This document shows positions 47,801-57,308 of a stretch of 64,000 bases of DNA, one piece after another (position 1 is the first letter of the stretch; every line of letters starts with the position of its first letter). This stretch comes from a virus. Taxonomy: Duplodnaviria; Caudoviricetes. The notes beneath the pieces were generated by a model. The model was given only the letters and a program-made list of their open reading frames with translations. It did no database searches and was not told where the DNA came from. The stretch spans positions 64,001-128,000 of the IMG/VR virus record IMGVR_UViG_2615840593_000003; one strand, written 5' to 3'. A program made the translations under genes and the position numbers.

Positions 47801-48829
47801 ATGAGTAAAATTACAAAAATACGATATTTCACTAAAGAAAAGCTAAACAAAGTAAATCCTGACAATGTGAAGTTGTATGATAAATATTTAAAAAGTAATA
47901 TACAGAAAAATAGAGATGTCAAGGACACAACTTACAAAGTATACAAGAACTACTTCAATCAATTTTTAGTATACCTTATGGAAGAATGCGACAACATTAA
48001 CCTATACGATGAAGACTTTTTAGAGGATGCTGTTGATATTATGGAAGGCTTTATTAGCTTCTGTCAAGAAACTCTTGGTAATAATAAAAAAGTAATTAAC
48101 ACTAAACTAAGTGTAATTTCTAGCTTCTATAATTGGTCTGAAAAGAGACAATTTATTGATAAGCATCCATTTGCAAATAAATTGGAACGGATGAAAGGTG
48201 CTAACGAGGAAAGTATCATCACATCTCATTATCTCACTCAAGAAGAGATTGATATGATTACAAATGGATTAATTGAAGATAAAAGATATGATATTCAAGA
48301 TAGACTTATTTGGAACATCATGATTCAATCTTGCAATCGTGTAGGAGCTATTTCAAAGTTAACTTTATCATCTTTAGATTTAGAAGGAATGTTATTTGAA
48401 GATATTCGTGAAAAGCGTGGATATAAAGTTGAAGTAATATTCGAAGAAGATACTAAGTCTTTAATTGAAGAATGGTTAGAGATACGTAAAGAAATGGATA
48501 GCTCTGAAGTAGATGCATTATTTATAACTAAACATAACGGCGAATATCGACAAATGGTTAAAGAGACAATTCAATGGAGAATTAAACGTTTCGGTGAAAT
48601 TATTGGAATCGATGATTTTCGTTCACACAGCATTCGCAAAACTGCACTAAATCAAATTTATGAAACAACTGGAGACTTAGCTTTAGCGGCCGAAATGGGC
48701 AATCATAAATCTGTAGAGACCACTCGACAATCATATATTAAACCTGCATCCAAAGCCGATGTTCGTAAAAAGATCGCTAAGTTAAAAGAAGAGAAAGCTA
48801 AAAAGAAATTAGAAGAAGCAAATACATAA
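47801..48829 (+). CDS. Tyrosine recombinase (YomM-like, Xer/integrase family)
   Basis: Catalytic set intact: CNRVGAI (R), EKRG (K), HSIR (HxxR), GNH (H), QSY (Y). Confidence 0.92.
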   Translation: MSKITKIRYFTKEKLNKVNPDNVKLYDKYLKSNIQKNRDVKDTTYKVYKNYFNQFLVYLMEECDNINLYDEDFLEDAVDIMEGFISFCQETLGNNKKVINTKLSVISSFYNWSEKRQFIDKHPFANKLERMKGANEESIITSHYLTQEEIDMITNGLIEDKRYDIQDRLIWNIMIQSCNRVGAISKLTLSSLDLEGMLFEDIREKRGYKVEVIFEEDTKSLIEEWLEIRKEMDSSEVDALFITKHNGEYRQMVKETIQWRIKRFGEIIGIDDFRSHSIRKTALNQIYETTGDLALAAEMGNHKSVETTRQSYIKPASKADVRKKIAKLKEEKAKKKLEEANT

Positions 48830-49019
48830 ATAACTGAACTACTCCCCTACTCTTTTTAGGGGTTTACTTGAGTTATTTATATGATATCAGGTTTTTATTT
48901 AACAAAATACATAAATACACTTGAAATAATTTAACTCTCCTGTTATTATTGATTTGTAGGTAAGAATTTCACATGACATCTACTAATTAATAAAATACAT
49001 AATTCAAGGGAGAGATTCA

Positions 49020-49943
49020 GTGACAGAAATTAAACTATTTCAAAGTGGTATGGTAAAAAGCAAGGACAGAGAATTTACTCGTCTAGTCGGTGGATTTAAT
49101 GAAAAAGAAAGTATAATTACAACTAAACAAATTGCAGAGTTGATGGGTTATGAGAACAGTATAGTTAATAGAACTATAAAAAGAAATTTTGAATCATTTG
49201 AAGAAAACGTTGATATCATTGACTTGAAATCTGCTATGCCTGAGTGGCAGAGCGAAATTGGGTATACTAAAAATGCTTTTAATGCTAGTAAGAATATCTA
49301 CATTTTATCAAAATCTGGATTCTTACTCTACTTAAAGTTTGCTGAAGGTGAAAAAGCTGTTGAAGTTTACAAAGACTTCTTAGAGGATTACTTCCAGACT
49401 AAAGCCGAAAACGAACATATGAAAACAGGCATTCATGATCAGATTGAAAAGTGGAAAGAAAAGAAAGCTCTCGCATTTGGTATGAGTATTATGGCTAAGT
49501 CAGATGATGACAGGTTAAAGTATTTAACTGATGTTGAGGAAGCTGATACTCAAATTTTAGAATTAGAAAAACTCTCTTCTAAGGAAGAAGTCATAAAAAG
49601 TTTACAGTCTAAAATTCATATGAGCGAATTGATTGAAAATACAAACGATCATTACGATATCGGAAACTTTGCTAAGATAATAAGTATCAATGGTCTTGGT
49701 AGGAATAATTTATTTAAATGGTTACGTGAACAAAAGATTCTACAAGGTGATAATATCCCCTACCAGAAATACATGAATTACTTTAAAGTCATCCCTGTCG
49801 TAAATCAATTTGGTAAAACAAACAATAAGCCTTTACTGAAATCAAAAGGTGTAGACTTCCTAGTTAAAAGATTAATTAAGGATGGTAAAATTGTAACCAA
49901 AACTGTTAGTCAAATACTTAATGAATTACCTCAAGCGAATTAA
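49020..49943 (+). CDS. Phage antirepressor (ORF6N-like plus KilAC/ANT domain)
   Basis: GGF..ITTKQIAE, IYILSKSG; GRNNLFKWLREQKIL...PYQKYM. Confidence 0.85.
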   Translation: MTEIKLFQSGMVKSKDREFTRLVGGFNEKESIITTKQIAELMGYENSIVNRTIKRNFESFEENVDIIDLKSAMPEWQSEIGYTKNAFNASKNIYILSKSGFLLYLKFAEGEKAVEVYKDFLEDYFQTKAENEHMKTGIHDQIEKWKEKKALAFGMSIMAKSDDDRLKYLTDVEEADTQILELEKLSSKEEVIKSLQSKIHMSELIENTNDHYDIGNFAKIISINGLGRNNLFKWLREQKILQGDNIPYQKYMNYFKVIPVVNQFGKTNNKPLLKSKGVDFLVKRLIKDGKIVTKTVSQILNELPQAN

Positions 49944-49991
49944 TTTAACAAATACATATATTTAATTTATAAAACAAAAGGAGATAATTCA

Positions 49992-50192
49992 ATGACAGAA
50001 GAACAGTTATTTTTTATCGATGATTTAATTCATATGTTATCAGATACATGTCAAGATAAGAGTGAATCTTATGAAATTATTACGACTAATAAGAACGGCA
50101 AGGGTAGACGAGTGCTTAGTCGTGAAGAATATTTAGAGCATGTTATTTCTACAACGATCGAAGACTTAAGGAAATATGTTTCATCATGTTGA
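49992..50192 (+). CDS. Hypothetical protein
   Basis: 66 aa ORF, AGGAG RBS. Confidence 0.65.
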   Translation: MTEEQLFFIDDLIHMLSDTCQDKSESYEIITTNKNGKGRRVLSREEYLEHVISTTIEDLRKYVSSC

Positions 50193-50249
50193 TTACATGA
50201 AGCACATAAAAAGGTGAGAAAATAATCACTCTCACCTTTCTTATTAAAA

Positions 50250-50750
50250 TTAATAAATATCAATTACATTAATTTTGACAATTTCAACTACTTTCATATC
50301 CAATTCAAAGAAGAATGCTTCATCCTTGAACATAAAGTTTTGAATTGTAATATTGTCAGGTTTAAGTAAATTATCAATATCATTAAGTAGATCATCGTGT
50401 ACATTTTCAATCGATACACATAAATCAAATTCAGCTCTCCCCTTCTTTATTACGTTGAAGGTAAAGTAATTGGTGAATTTGTATGTAGAGTTAGGTAGGC
50501 TATTTATTGACATATTAAAGTTTTCGATACTGAAATCTAAGTGGTTATCTTCGTCATAATTGTATTCTTGGTAGATGACTTCAAACGTTTTAATTTTACC
50601 ATTTTCATAAATTGGCTTTCCCATTAGCTCAACTTGTGATGGAATATTACCTTTTGCAATAAGTTTGATTGATGCGATTAATGTATTCATTTTCATTCTC
50701 CCCTTCTTTTGTGAATTATATTGTGTACGTTTGTACGTATTTAAGTACAA
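50250..50750 (-). CDS. Hypothetical protein (moron)
   Basis: Likely start at Met after AAGGGGAG near 50690-50696. Confidence 0.65.
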   Translation of the reverse strand: MYLNTYKRTQYNSQKKGRMKMNTLIASIKLIAKGNIPSQVELMGKPIYENGKIKTFEVIYQEYNYDEDNHLDFSIENFNMSINSLPNSTYKFTNYFTFNVIKKGRAEFDLCVSIENVHDDLLNDIDNLLKPDNITIQNFMFKDEAFFFELDMKVVEIVKINVIDIY

Positions 50751-50822
50751 ATAAAATGTATCATGAACTGAAAAATTATGTCAATACATTTCTGTACGGA
50801 AATTCGTAAATAAGATATAATC

Positions 50823-51071
50823 ATGTTAAGTACTTTTAGGATGGAGCGTTTAGTTACTATGAGAACAATAGAAGTTAAACTTAAACAGCTAATGAAAGAA
50901 AACAATCTAACCCAAGAACAACTATCTGAGATGACTGGTATTAGAAGAGCGACCATTAGTGAAATTAGTACAAATGGAAAAACTGCAATGAATAGAGTAC
51001 ATTTGACTCGTATAGCAGAAGTATTAGAAATTGACGACATACGAGAACTTATAGACTTTAAAGAAGAATAA
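50823..51071 (+). CDS. Cro/C1-type HTH regulator
   Basis: LKQLMKENNLTQEQLSEMTGIRRATISEI. Confidence 0.85.
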   Translation: MLSTFRMERLVTMRTIEVKLKQLMKENNLTQEQLSEMTGIRRATISEISTNGKTAMNRVHLTRIAEVLEIDDIRELIDFKEE

Positions 51072-51330
51072 TAAGTTAATATAATCTTGAATTTATATTC
51101 CCCTATTGTATGTAAATGTATCTTGGTATTATTTTGAATAATTGTGAAATTTAGTAAAAAAGAACTACTTTTACAAAATTAAAATTGAATATAAACGCCC
51201 TCTTTTTACAGCAAATAAAATAAAATCACATCAAAAATATAACATAATTACAGAAATACGTAAATATGTAATAAATTGAATTCTATTCCTCTTGTGCATA
51301 TAATGATTTTTAGTAGATTTTTATATACAT

Positions 51331-51573
51331 TTGAGGTGTAGAATATTGATAAAATTAACAATTGATAAAGCAGCTAGTTCTAAAGGAGTTAGTTCTCAAA
51401 AAGAATTGAGGGAATTGATCATAGAAAAAACTGGAGTAGAATTACGAGCAGCTACTATTTCAGATTTATACAGAAACAATAAAAACCAAATTAACAGAGA
51501 ACACCTTTTTGCTGTAATGGACGCATTAGAAATAACAGATTTCAATGAAGTACTTACAATAAAGAGGAGATAA
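51331..51573 (+). CDS. Cro/C1-type HTH regulator (paralog)
   Basis: LRAATISDLYRN...REHL..MDALEI. Confidence 0.75.
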   Translation: MRCRILIKLTIDKAASSKGVSSQKELRELIIEKTGVELRAATISDLYRNNKNQINREHLFAVMDALEITDFNEVLTIKRR

Positions 51574-51624
51574 CTTCAAAATCTTTCATAAATTACATAA
51601 ACATGTTATCATTTAACCAAGAGT

Positions 51625-52161
51625 ATGCTTATTCTTGGAGGTGTTTTTATGCAATTTAGGAAGTATTTTTTATTCATTATTTTATGTGCAACCATTCTGT
51701 TAACTGCTTGTGGGAAAGAAAGTGATGAAAAAGCGAGTGCTAGTAGTGAAGCAAAAGTAGATTTATCAGGATACCCTATTGGTGTACAAGAAGCGAAAGT
51801 TTCACTTGAATATTTCACTATTTTAGATGAAACTATGACAGAGTATTTTACTATTGACAAGAATATTAAAAATCTAGTTAGCAATGATGCTGAAGCTAAG
51901 AAGGAACTATACAGGGATTACTTGTTGTATATAAACGGTTTAAATTACGCTTTGTCAAATGATGTTGAAAAGGAAATTGATAATTATTTCTCTTCATTTC
52001 TTTATAACACTAAACATTGGGCAGAATACAGAATTAAAAATATCGATACTAAATCTAGTTCGGATAATTCTGTAGCAAGTGATTATTTTACTAATGCTAA
52101 AAATGATATGATGATGGTTACTGAAATCATGCAAAAATATCAATTGTTCCATGAGGATTAA
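51625..52161 (+). CDS. Lipoprotein (moron)
   Basis: Start likely MQFRK after GGAGGTG; lipobox LTAC. Confidence 0.75.
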   Translation: MLILGGVFMQFRKYFLFIILCATILLTACGKESDEKASASSEAKVDLSGYPIGVQEAKVSLEYFTILDETMTEYFTIDKNIKNLVSNDAEAKKELYRDYLLYINGLNYALSNDVEKEIDNYFSSFLYNTKHWAEYRIKNIDTKSSSDNSVASDYFTNAKNDMMMVTEIMQKYQLFHED

Positions 52162-52249
52162 AATCAGTGAAATTTATACAAATAAAAAGAAGAAGTTGAG
52201 TGATTTATTTCGCTCGCCTTCTTTTTATTTTGCAAATTAATAAAGGAGG

Positions 52250-54550
52250 ATGAAAATGGCTACCAATAACCCAATCGAATTGCTAATTGCATTAGGAGTT
52301 AACGATGCTAAGTCCAGAAGCAACATTCAAAGCTACTTAGACAATATAAAAAAAGATTTAAAATTAGATGTTGAATTAAATGCAATAAAAGGCAATGGGA
52401 ACACCTTTGATAATATGCGTAAAAAAATTGAGTCTTTACAAAAGCAAGTATCTCAATTAAATCAAGAGCTAAGTAATATAGGTATGGGTAAGTCTCACTC
52501 CCCTACCCTATCTCAAGGAATCAAACAAGATGTTGTAGAGTCAATGAAGTCTCTGGATCAGTTGAAGAATCACATCAAACAGCAAAATGGTGAATACAGA
52601 ATTAAGACCGTTGTAGATGCACAAGGATTAGAGAAGATTGATTCTGTTGTTACAAGAGTTAAAACTGGTTTAAATCAGATTCAGGAAACGCATCTGAAGC
52701 CAATATTAGATACTAATAACCTAGTCGTGGGATTGAAGCAAGTAGGTCAAACTGTTCACGATATCAGCTCTAAAGATTTAAAATTGAATGTTTCTAAAGG
52801 TATTGAAGAGTTAAATAAGTTTGCTCGACAAGGTGAATTATCTAAAGAACAATATGAGAAGTTTAAAAGCAGTATATCTTCTTCAATCAACAATACTGAG
52901 CTAAGTAAAGTTCTGGAATCGATGAGGAGTATCAACAAAGAAACTGCTCATGAAAACAAGATGCAAAATTCAATGGCTAATATTAACCAACAAGCTATTG
53001 AATTATCTCAAAAGCTAAATCAGTTTACTAAAGATAAAAATAACGCTTTCGATCCCGTTATTGTAGATAAATTTATTGGCAAATTGGATAAATTAGCAGG
53101 TGTAAATTTTGATTCAGTTAAAGGTATGAAATCTGCTAATAATGACTTCTCTTCCGTTGAAAAAGAAATAAATACATATATTAAGCTACAAGAAAAATAT
53201 AAAGATGTTACGGATAATTTAGAATTACTTCAACGTCAAGGTAAAATTACATCATCTGATTTAGCTAAATTCACTCAAGATGCGAAGGTTGCTAATACTG
53301 TAACTGAGTTAAACAATTTAAATAAAGAAATAAATAAATTTGCTAAGAATACACAAATTGACGCTCAAACGTCAAATGCTTTTAAGAATATTGGTAATGA
53401 AGTTGAACAATTAAATAATAAATTTAAAAATGTTACAAACAAGTTCACGGTATCTCCAAATAATACTTTATTTACTCAGATCAAATCAGATATTTATTCT
53501 ATCAATAGTATGAAGATCAATACACCTGAATGTATTAAAACTCTTAATAAATTGATTACTGATACGTCTAAGAATATTCGACAACTCGGACAAGACAGTA
53601 ACAATTTACAGCAATTTGAAACTAAGACTCGTGAAATAAATACCTTGCTACAACAAATGAAAGAGTCTGGATTACTTACTAATAAAGAAATACATAAGTT
53701 TACTGATTCATTATCAAGAATTGAAACTGGTAATTTAGCTAATGTTAATAACCTGTTAACTCAAATGAGTGATAAGTTTAATAAGTTAAAATCCAGCGAA
53801 AAGAATTTAGATACATTTGAAAAACAGCAAAATTCGCTTTCTCGACTTAACAGTGAGTTAACTAGAACTGAAAAACTTTTTCCTCGTACAATGGATAAAT
53901 CCAAAGCTGAAGAGTTAAGAAAAGAAATTGAGAAGCTTAGTAAGTTAAACCTTATTAATCCAACTGCATTAAAAGATAACCAGAAAGAAATAGATAAATT
54001 AAAAGAAAAAGTTAAACAGTTTAACGCTGAATCTACTCAGGCTTCTAAAGGCTCTACAGGAGTACTAGAGGCGTTTGGTGTGGCAATGCAAAAATTCCCA
54101 ATTTGGATGTCGGCAACAACGATTTTCTATGGAGCTGTTCGCACAGCCAAGGAATTTGGAACTGTATTGGTTGATATTGATTCTAAATTAGTATCCATTC
54201 AAAAAGTAGTAGATAACGGTACAGATATGGGTGCAATATTTGATAGAGCAACTCAATCTGCTGAGAAATTTGGACAATCAATTTCTCAAGCGTTAGATGC
54301 CTATATCGAATTTGCACGACAAGGATATAAAGGTGCTGAGTTAGGGACTCTTGCAGACGCAGGTTTAGTTGCTTCTAATGTAGGCGAGATCTCAGCACAG
54401 CAAGCAAGTGAGTACATGACGGCAAGTCTCGTGCAATGGAAGAAAGATGCATCAGAGGCTATGGGTATTATTGATAGTTGGAATAACATTTCCAACAATT
54501 TCGCAACAACGACAGAAAAGTTAGCTCGTGGTCAAGCTCGCGCAGGCGCT
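52250..54550 (+). CDS. Tape measure protein, exon 1
   Basis: Coiled-coil then TMP core (FARQG..., IIDSWNNISNNFATTTEKLARG); ends GCU at the intron 5' splice site. Confidence 0.9.
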
Positions 54551-54825
54551 TAATAAAATAGGCATTCGTAGAAGCGATTCTACGTCTAAACTTCCCTAAA
54601 CGGTGGAACTCTCTTTGAGACAATACCGTGCTAAATCGAAATAAATATTTTCGTAAATGCCGAACGACTAGTAAGACCTATTTATATAGGCATACACTAC
54701 AAGCTAATGGTAGTGGAAATGGGAAGGCTCTCAATGAGAGTTTGATATAGTCTACTCTTTATGGTGACATAAAGCAGTTCATAAGAGAACGATATAAGTT
54801 TTGCGAACTTATATGAATATAAAGG
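54551..54825 (+). ncRNA. Group I intron 1 (ORF-less, 275 nt, IA-like)
   Basis: P1 GCU|UA/UAGGC with U.G; P3 CUUCCC/GGGAAG; P7 GACUA/UAGUC; two hairpins between P7 and P3; terminal G; removal restores frame. Confidence 0.9.
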
Positions 54826-54906
54826 ACTGCCAATGCTATGGGACTTGAGTATGACCAACTCAATGCAATTATCGGAACCGTTACAGCGTCAACCAAACAA
54901 TCGGGT
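54826..54906 (+). CDS. Tape measure protein, exon 2 (27 codons)
   Basis: TANAMGLEYDQLNAIIGTVTASTKQSG bridges the TMP core between exons 1 and 3. Confidence 0.88.
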
Positions 54907-55314
54907 AAACTTTATCGCCCCTTTGCACAGCAATGTGCATAGCAAACCCTGAATATGCTGGGAACTCCTTAGAGCCATCATTAGTAGTTATATTTAGAAA
55001 TTTATATAACACCTCAAAATATGAAGGATTGGACAATCAGCAGAGATAGACCTAAGTGTAATTTACATATGGTAAGCTCTCAACGACTATCAAGGGGTAA
55101 CTCATAATTAAATTAAAATTAATCACATTCCACTTTTTAATAAACAAAATACATAAAATCATATTTTTACATTGTGCATAATTATATATTATGTTAATAT
55201 TTAACTATAGGGATTGATTAGGGAGTAGTTAACCTAATTGACAAGTAAAGCCTCCTAACTTTACTTCCATATTTAATATAATTAGGAAAATTACTGTAGG
55301 AGGTAATTTAATTT

Positions 55315-57156
55315 ATGTGTGAAAATACATATGTAAACATTCAAACTAGTGAAGTTTTAGACTTAAACAGACTGGAAGATATAAAATCTAATGCATTATT
55401 AAAACACTCCCCTCACCTATTCGAAGAATGGGATTTTGAGAAGAATAATGAATTGGGATTGGACATATACAATGTTACAAAAGGTAGTCAGAAAAAAGCT
55501 TGGTGGTACTGTACTAAATGTAAAAGTAAGTATGATATGGAAGTAGTATACCGCAAAAAAGGTTCTAATTGTCCATTTTGCTCAGGAAGAAGAGTGAACA
55601 ATACGAATTCATTAAAAACTATTAAGCCATTATTGGCTGAAGAATGGGATTATGTCAGAAATAACAAGTCACCAAGCGATGTTACATGTAATTCTAGAGA
55701 AGTTGTATGGTGGAAATGCATAGACTGCAAAGAGTCATATGATATGGCAGTTTATAATAAATCAAAAGGTAAAGGCTGTCGTTACTGTAGTGGAAGAACA
55801 GTATCGTTATCAAACTGTCTTGCAACTAAAGATTTAAAGTTAGCAAAAGAATGGCATCAGAAGCTAAACGGCGAATTAACTCCTTATGATGTTACTTGTG
55901 GAGAAAGTAGAGTTGTTTGGTGGCTATGTCCAGATTGCGAAAGTTCTTATAACATGAGTTTAAATGACAGAACTTCTAAAAAATGCAATTGTCCTTATTG
56001 TAATGGTCGAAGAGTAAATATAACAAATTCTTTAAAGTCAATGAACACTGTAATAGCATCTCAATGGCATCCAACAAAGAATGGTGATTTGACTACAGAG
56101 AGTATACATTATCATTCTTCTGAAGTTGTCTGGTGGTTAGGAGAATGTGGTCATGAATGGGAAAACGCAGTAAGGAATAGGAGATTTGGAAATGCAGATT
56201 GTCCAGAATGTAGTAAATTATCTAATAAAGCACCTCACATTGCACGTCTCTTACTTAATAAAAGTGAATCATGTGAATTCACTGTAGGCAGTAATAAAAA
56301 GGTTGACTGGCAATGCGATTGCGGACAAATAGTAAAAAATAAAACTATAAATGAAATTTGTAGTAAGGGTTATTTACCATGTGCGAATTGTTCAGATGGC
56401 AAATCGTATCCTGAAAAGTACATGTTCACTGTTTTAAAATTATTGAAGGTGGATTTTGAATGGGAGAAAGTTTTTGAGTGGTCGAACAACAAAAGGTACG
56501 ATTTTTATATAGAATATTTAGGAAGTAAAATATTAATAGAATGTCACGGCATGCAACACTATGAATCTAGTTTCGAATACTTAGGCAGTAGAACACTAAT
56601 AGAAGAAATAGAAAATGATGCAGTTAAATATAAAATGGCAATCAGTAATGGTATAGATAAATATATTATTATTGACTGTAGAAAATCTTCATCTACATTT
56701 ATAAAAAACTCCATACTAAACAGTGAACTAGTTAAGATATTTGATATAAAAAACTTAGAATGGAATAAAGTTTCATTATTGGCAGAAAAAAGCCTAGTAT
56801 TATACATCAATGAAATATGGAACAATGGTAACAAGAGTATAAAAAATATATCTAAAGAGATGAATTTATGCTCAGCCACTGTAACTTCGTATTTAAAAAG
56901 AGGTATGGAAAATGGGTGGAATGATTATTCTCCTAATAAATCAAGGAAAAATGGCAGTAAGTCAAGAAAGAAGGAAATTGTCAAGATTGATTACGATACT
57001 ATTGTTATTTTTGAAAGTGCTAGTAAAGCATACCTTGATACCAACATAGACTCTTCTAGTATTATTGCAGTTTGTAGAGGTAAGAGAAAAACAGCAGGTG
57101 GATTTAAATGGATGTATCTAGAGGATTATGAAAAAGAATATGGAAAACTTTCATGA
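55315..57156 (+). CDS. Intron-encoded homing endonuclease (zinc-ribbon repeats, Vsr/PD-(D/E)XK-like nuclease, NUMOD1)
   Basis: Repeated EW...N...VWW.C..C...CPYC units; SYPE...YDFY...IECHGMQH; C-terminal CRGKRKTAGGFKW. Confidence 0.85.
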   Translation: MCENTYVNIQTSEVLDLNRLEDIKSNALLKHSPHLFEEWDFEKNNELGLDIYNVTKGSQKKAWWYCTKCKSKYDMEVVYRKKGSNCPFCSGRRVNNTNSLKTIKPLLAEEWDYVRNNKSPSDVTCNSREVVWWKCIDCKESYDMAVYNKSKGKGCRYCSGRTVSLSNCLATKDLKLAKEWHQKLNGELTPYDVTCGESRVVWWLCPDCESSYNMSLNDRTSKKCNCPYCNGRRVNITNSLKSMNTVIASQWHPTKNGDLTTESIHYHSSEVVWWLGECGHEWENAVRNRRFGNADCPECSKLSNKAPHIARLLLNKSESCEFTVGSNKKVDWQCDCGQIVKNKTINEICSKGYLPCANCSDGKSYPEKYMFTVLKLLKVDFEWEKVFEWSNNKRYDFYIEYLGSKILIECHGMQHYESSFEYLGSRTLIEEIENDAVKYKMAISNGIDKYIIIDCRKSSSTFIKNSILNSELVKIFDIKNLEWNKVSLLAEKSLVLYINEIWNNGNKSIKNISKEMNLCSATVTSYLKRGMENGWNDYSPNKSRKNGSKSRKKEIVKIDYDTIVIFESASKAYLDTNIDSSSIIAVCRGKRKTAGGFKWMYLEDYEKEYGKLS

Positions 57157-57184
57157 GTAGGGCTAACTCCCCTACTCTTTTTTT
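57155..57184 (+). terminator. Intrinsic terminator inside intron 2
   Basis: GAGTAGGG-ctaactc-CCCTACTC followed by T7. Confidence 0.7.
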
Positions 57185-57308
57185 ATTTATCTCACCTTAT
57201 TAAGCAGTGGAATGTGATTAAAGGTGATTTATATTATGAGTTAATGGTATAGTCTACTCCCACTTCTTTGTGAAGTGTTAAAATATAGCGAAAGCTAGGG
57301 TATATTTG

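Larger units (their letters stand above)
54907..57308 (+). ncRNA. Group I intron 2 (2402 nt) with endonuclease ORF in P8
   Basis: P1 GGGU/GCCC; UGCUGGGAA and AAUCAGCAG P4 elements; P7 GACUA (about 55085)/UAGUC (about 57250); P8 UAACUCAUAAU/AUUAUGAGUUA encloses ORF; terminal G 57308. Confidence 0.9.

Noticed and set aside
47801-48829. Prophage integrase marking an attachment boundary
   Set aside because: Phage structural genes continue on both sides; no att repeat or host gene
54551-54553. TAA as a nonsense mutation making the TMP a pseudogene
   Set aside because: It is the first three bases of a group I intron with a complete core
57306-57308. TTG start for a separate 2225-aa gene
   Set aside because: No RBS; the G is the intron terminal G and the frame continues exon 2
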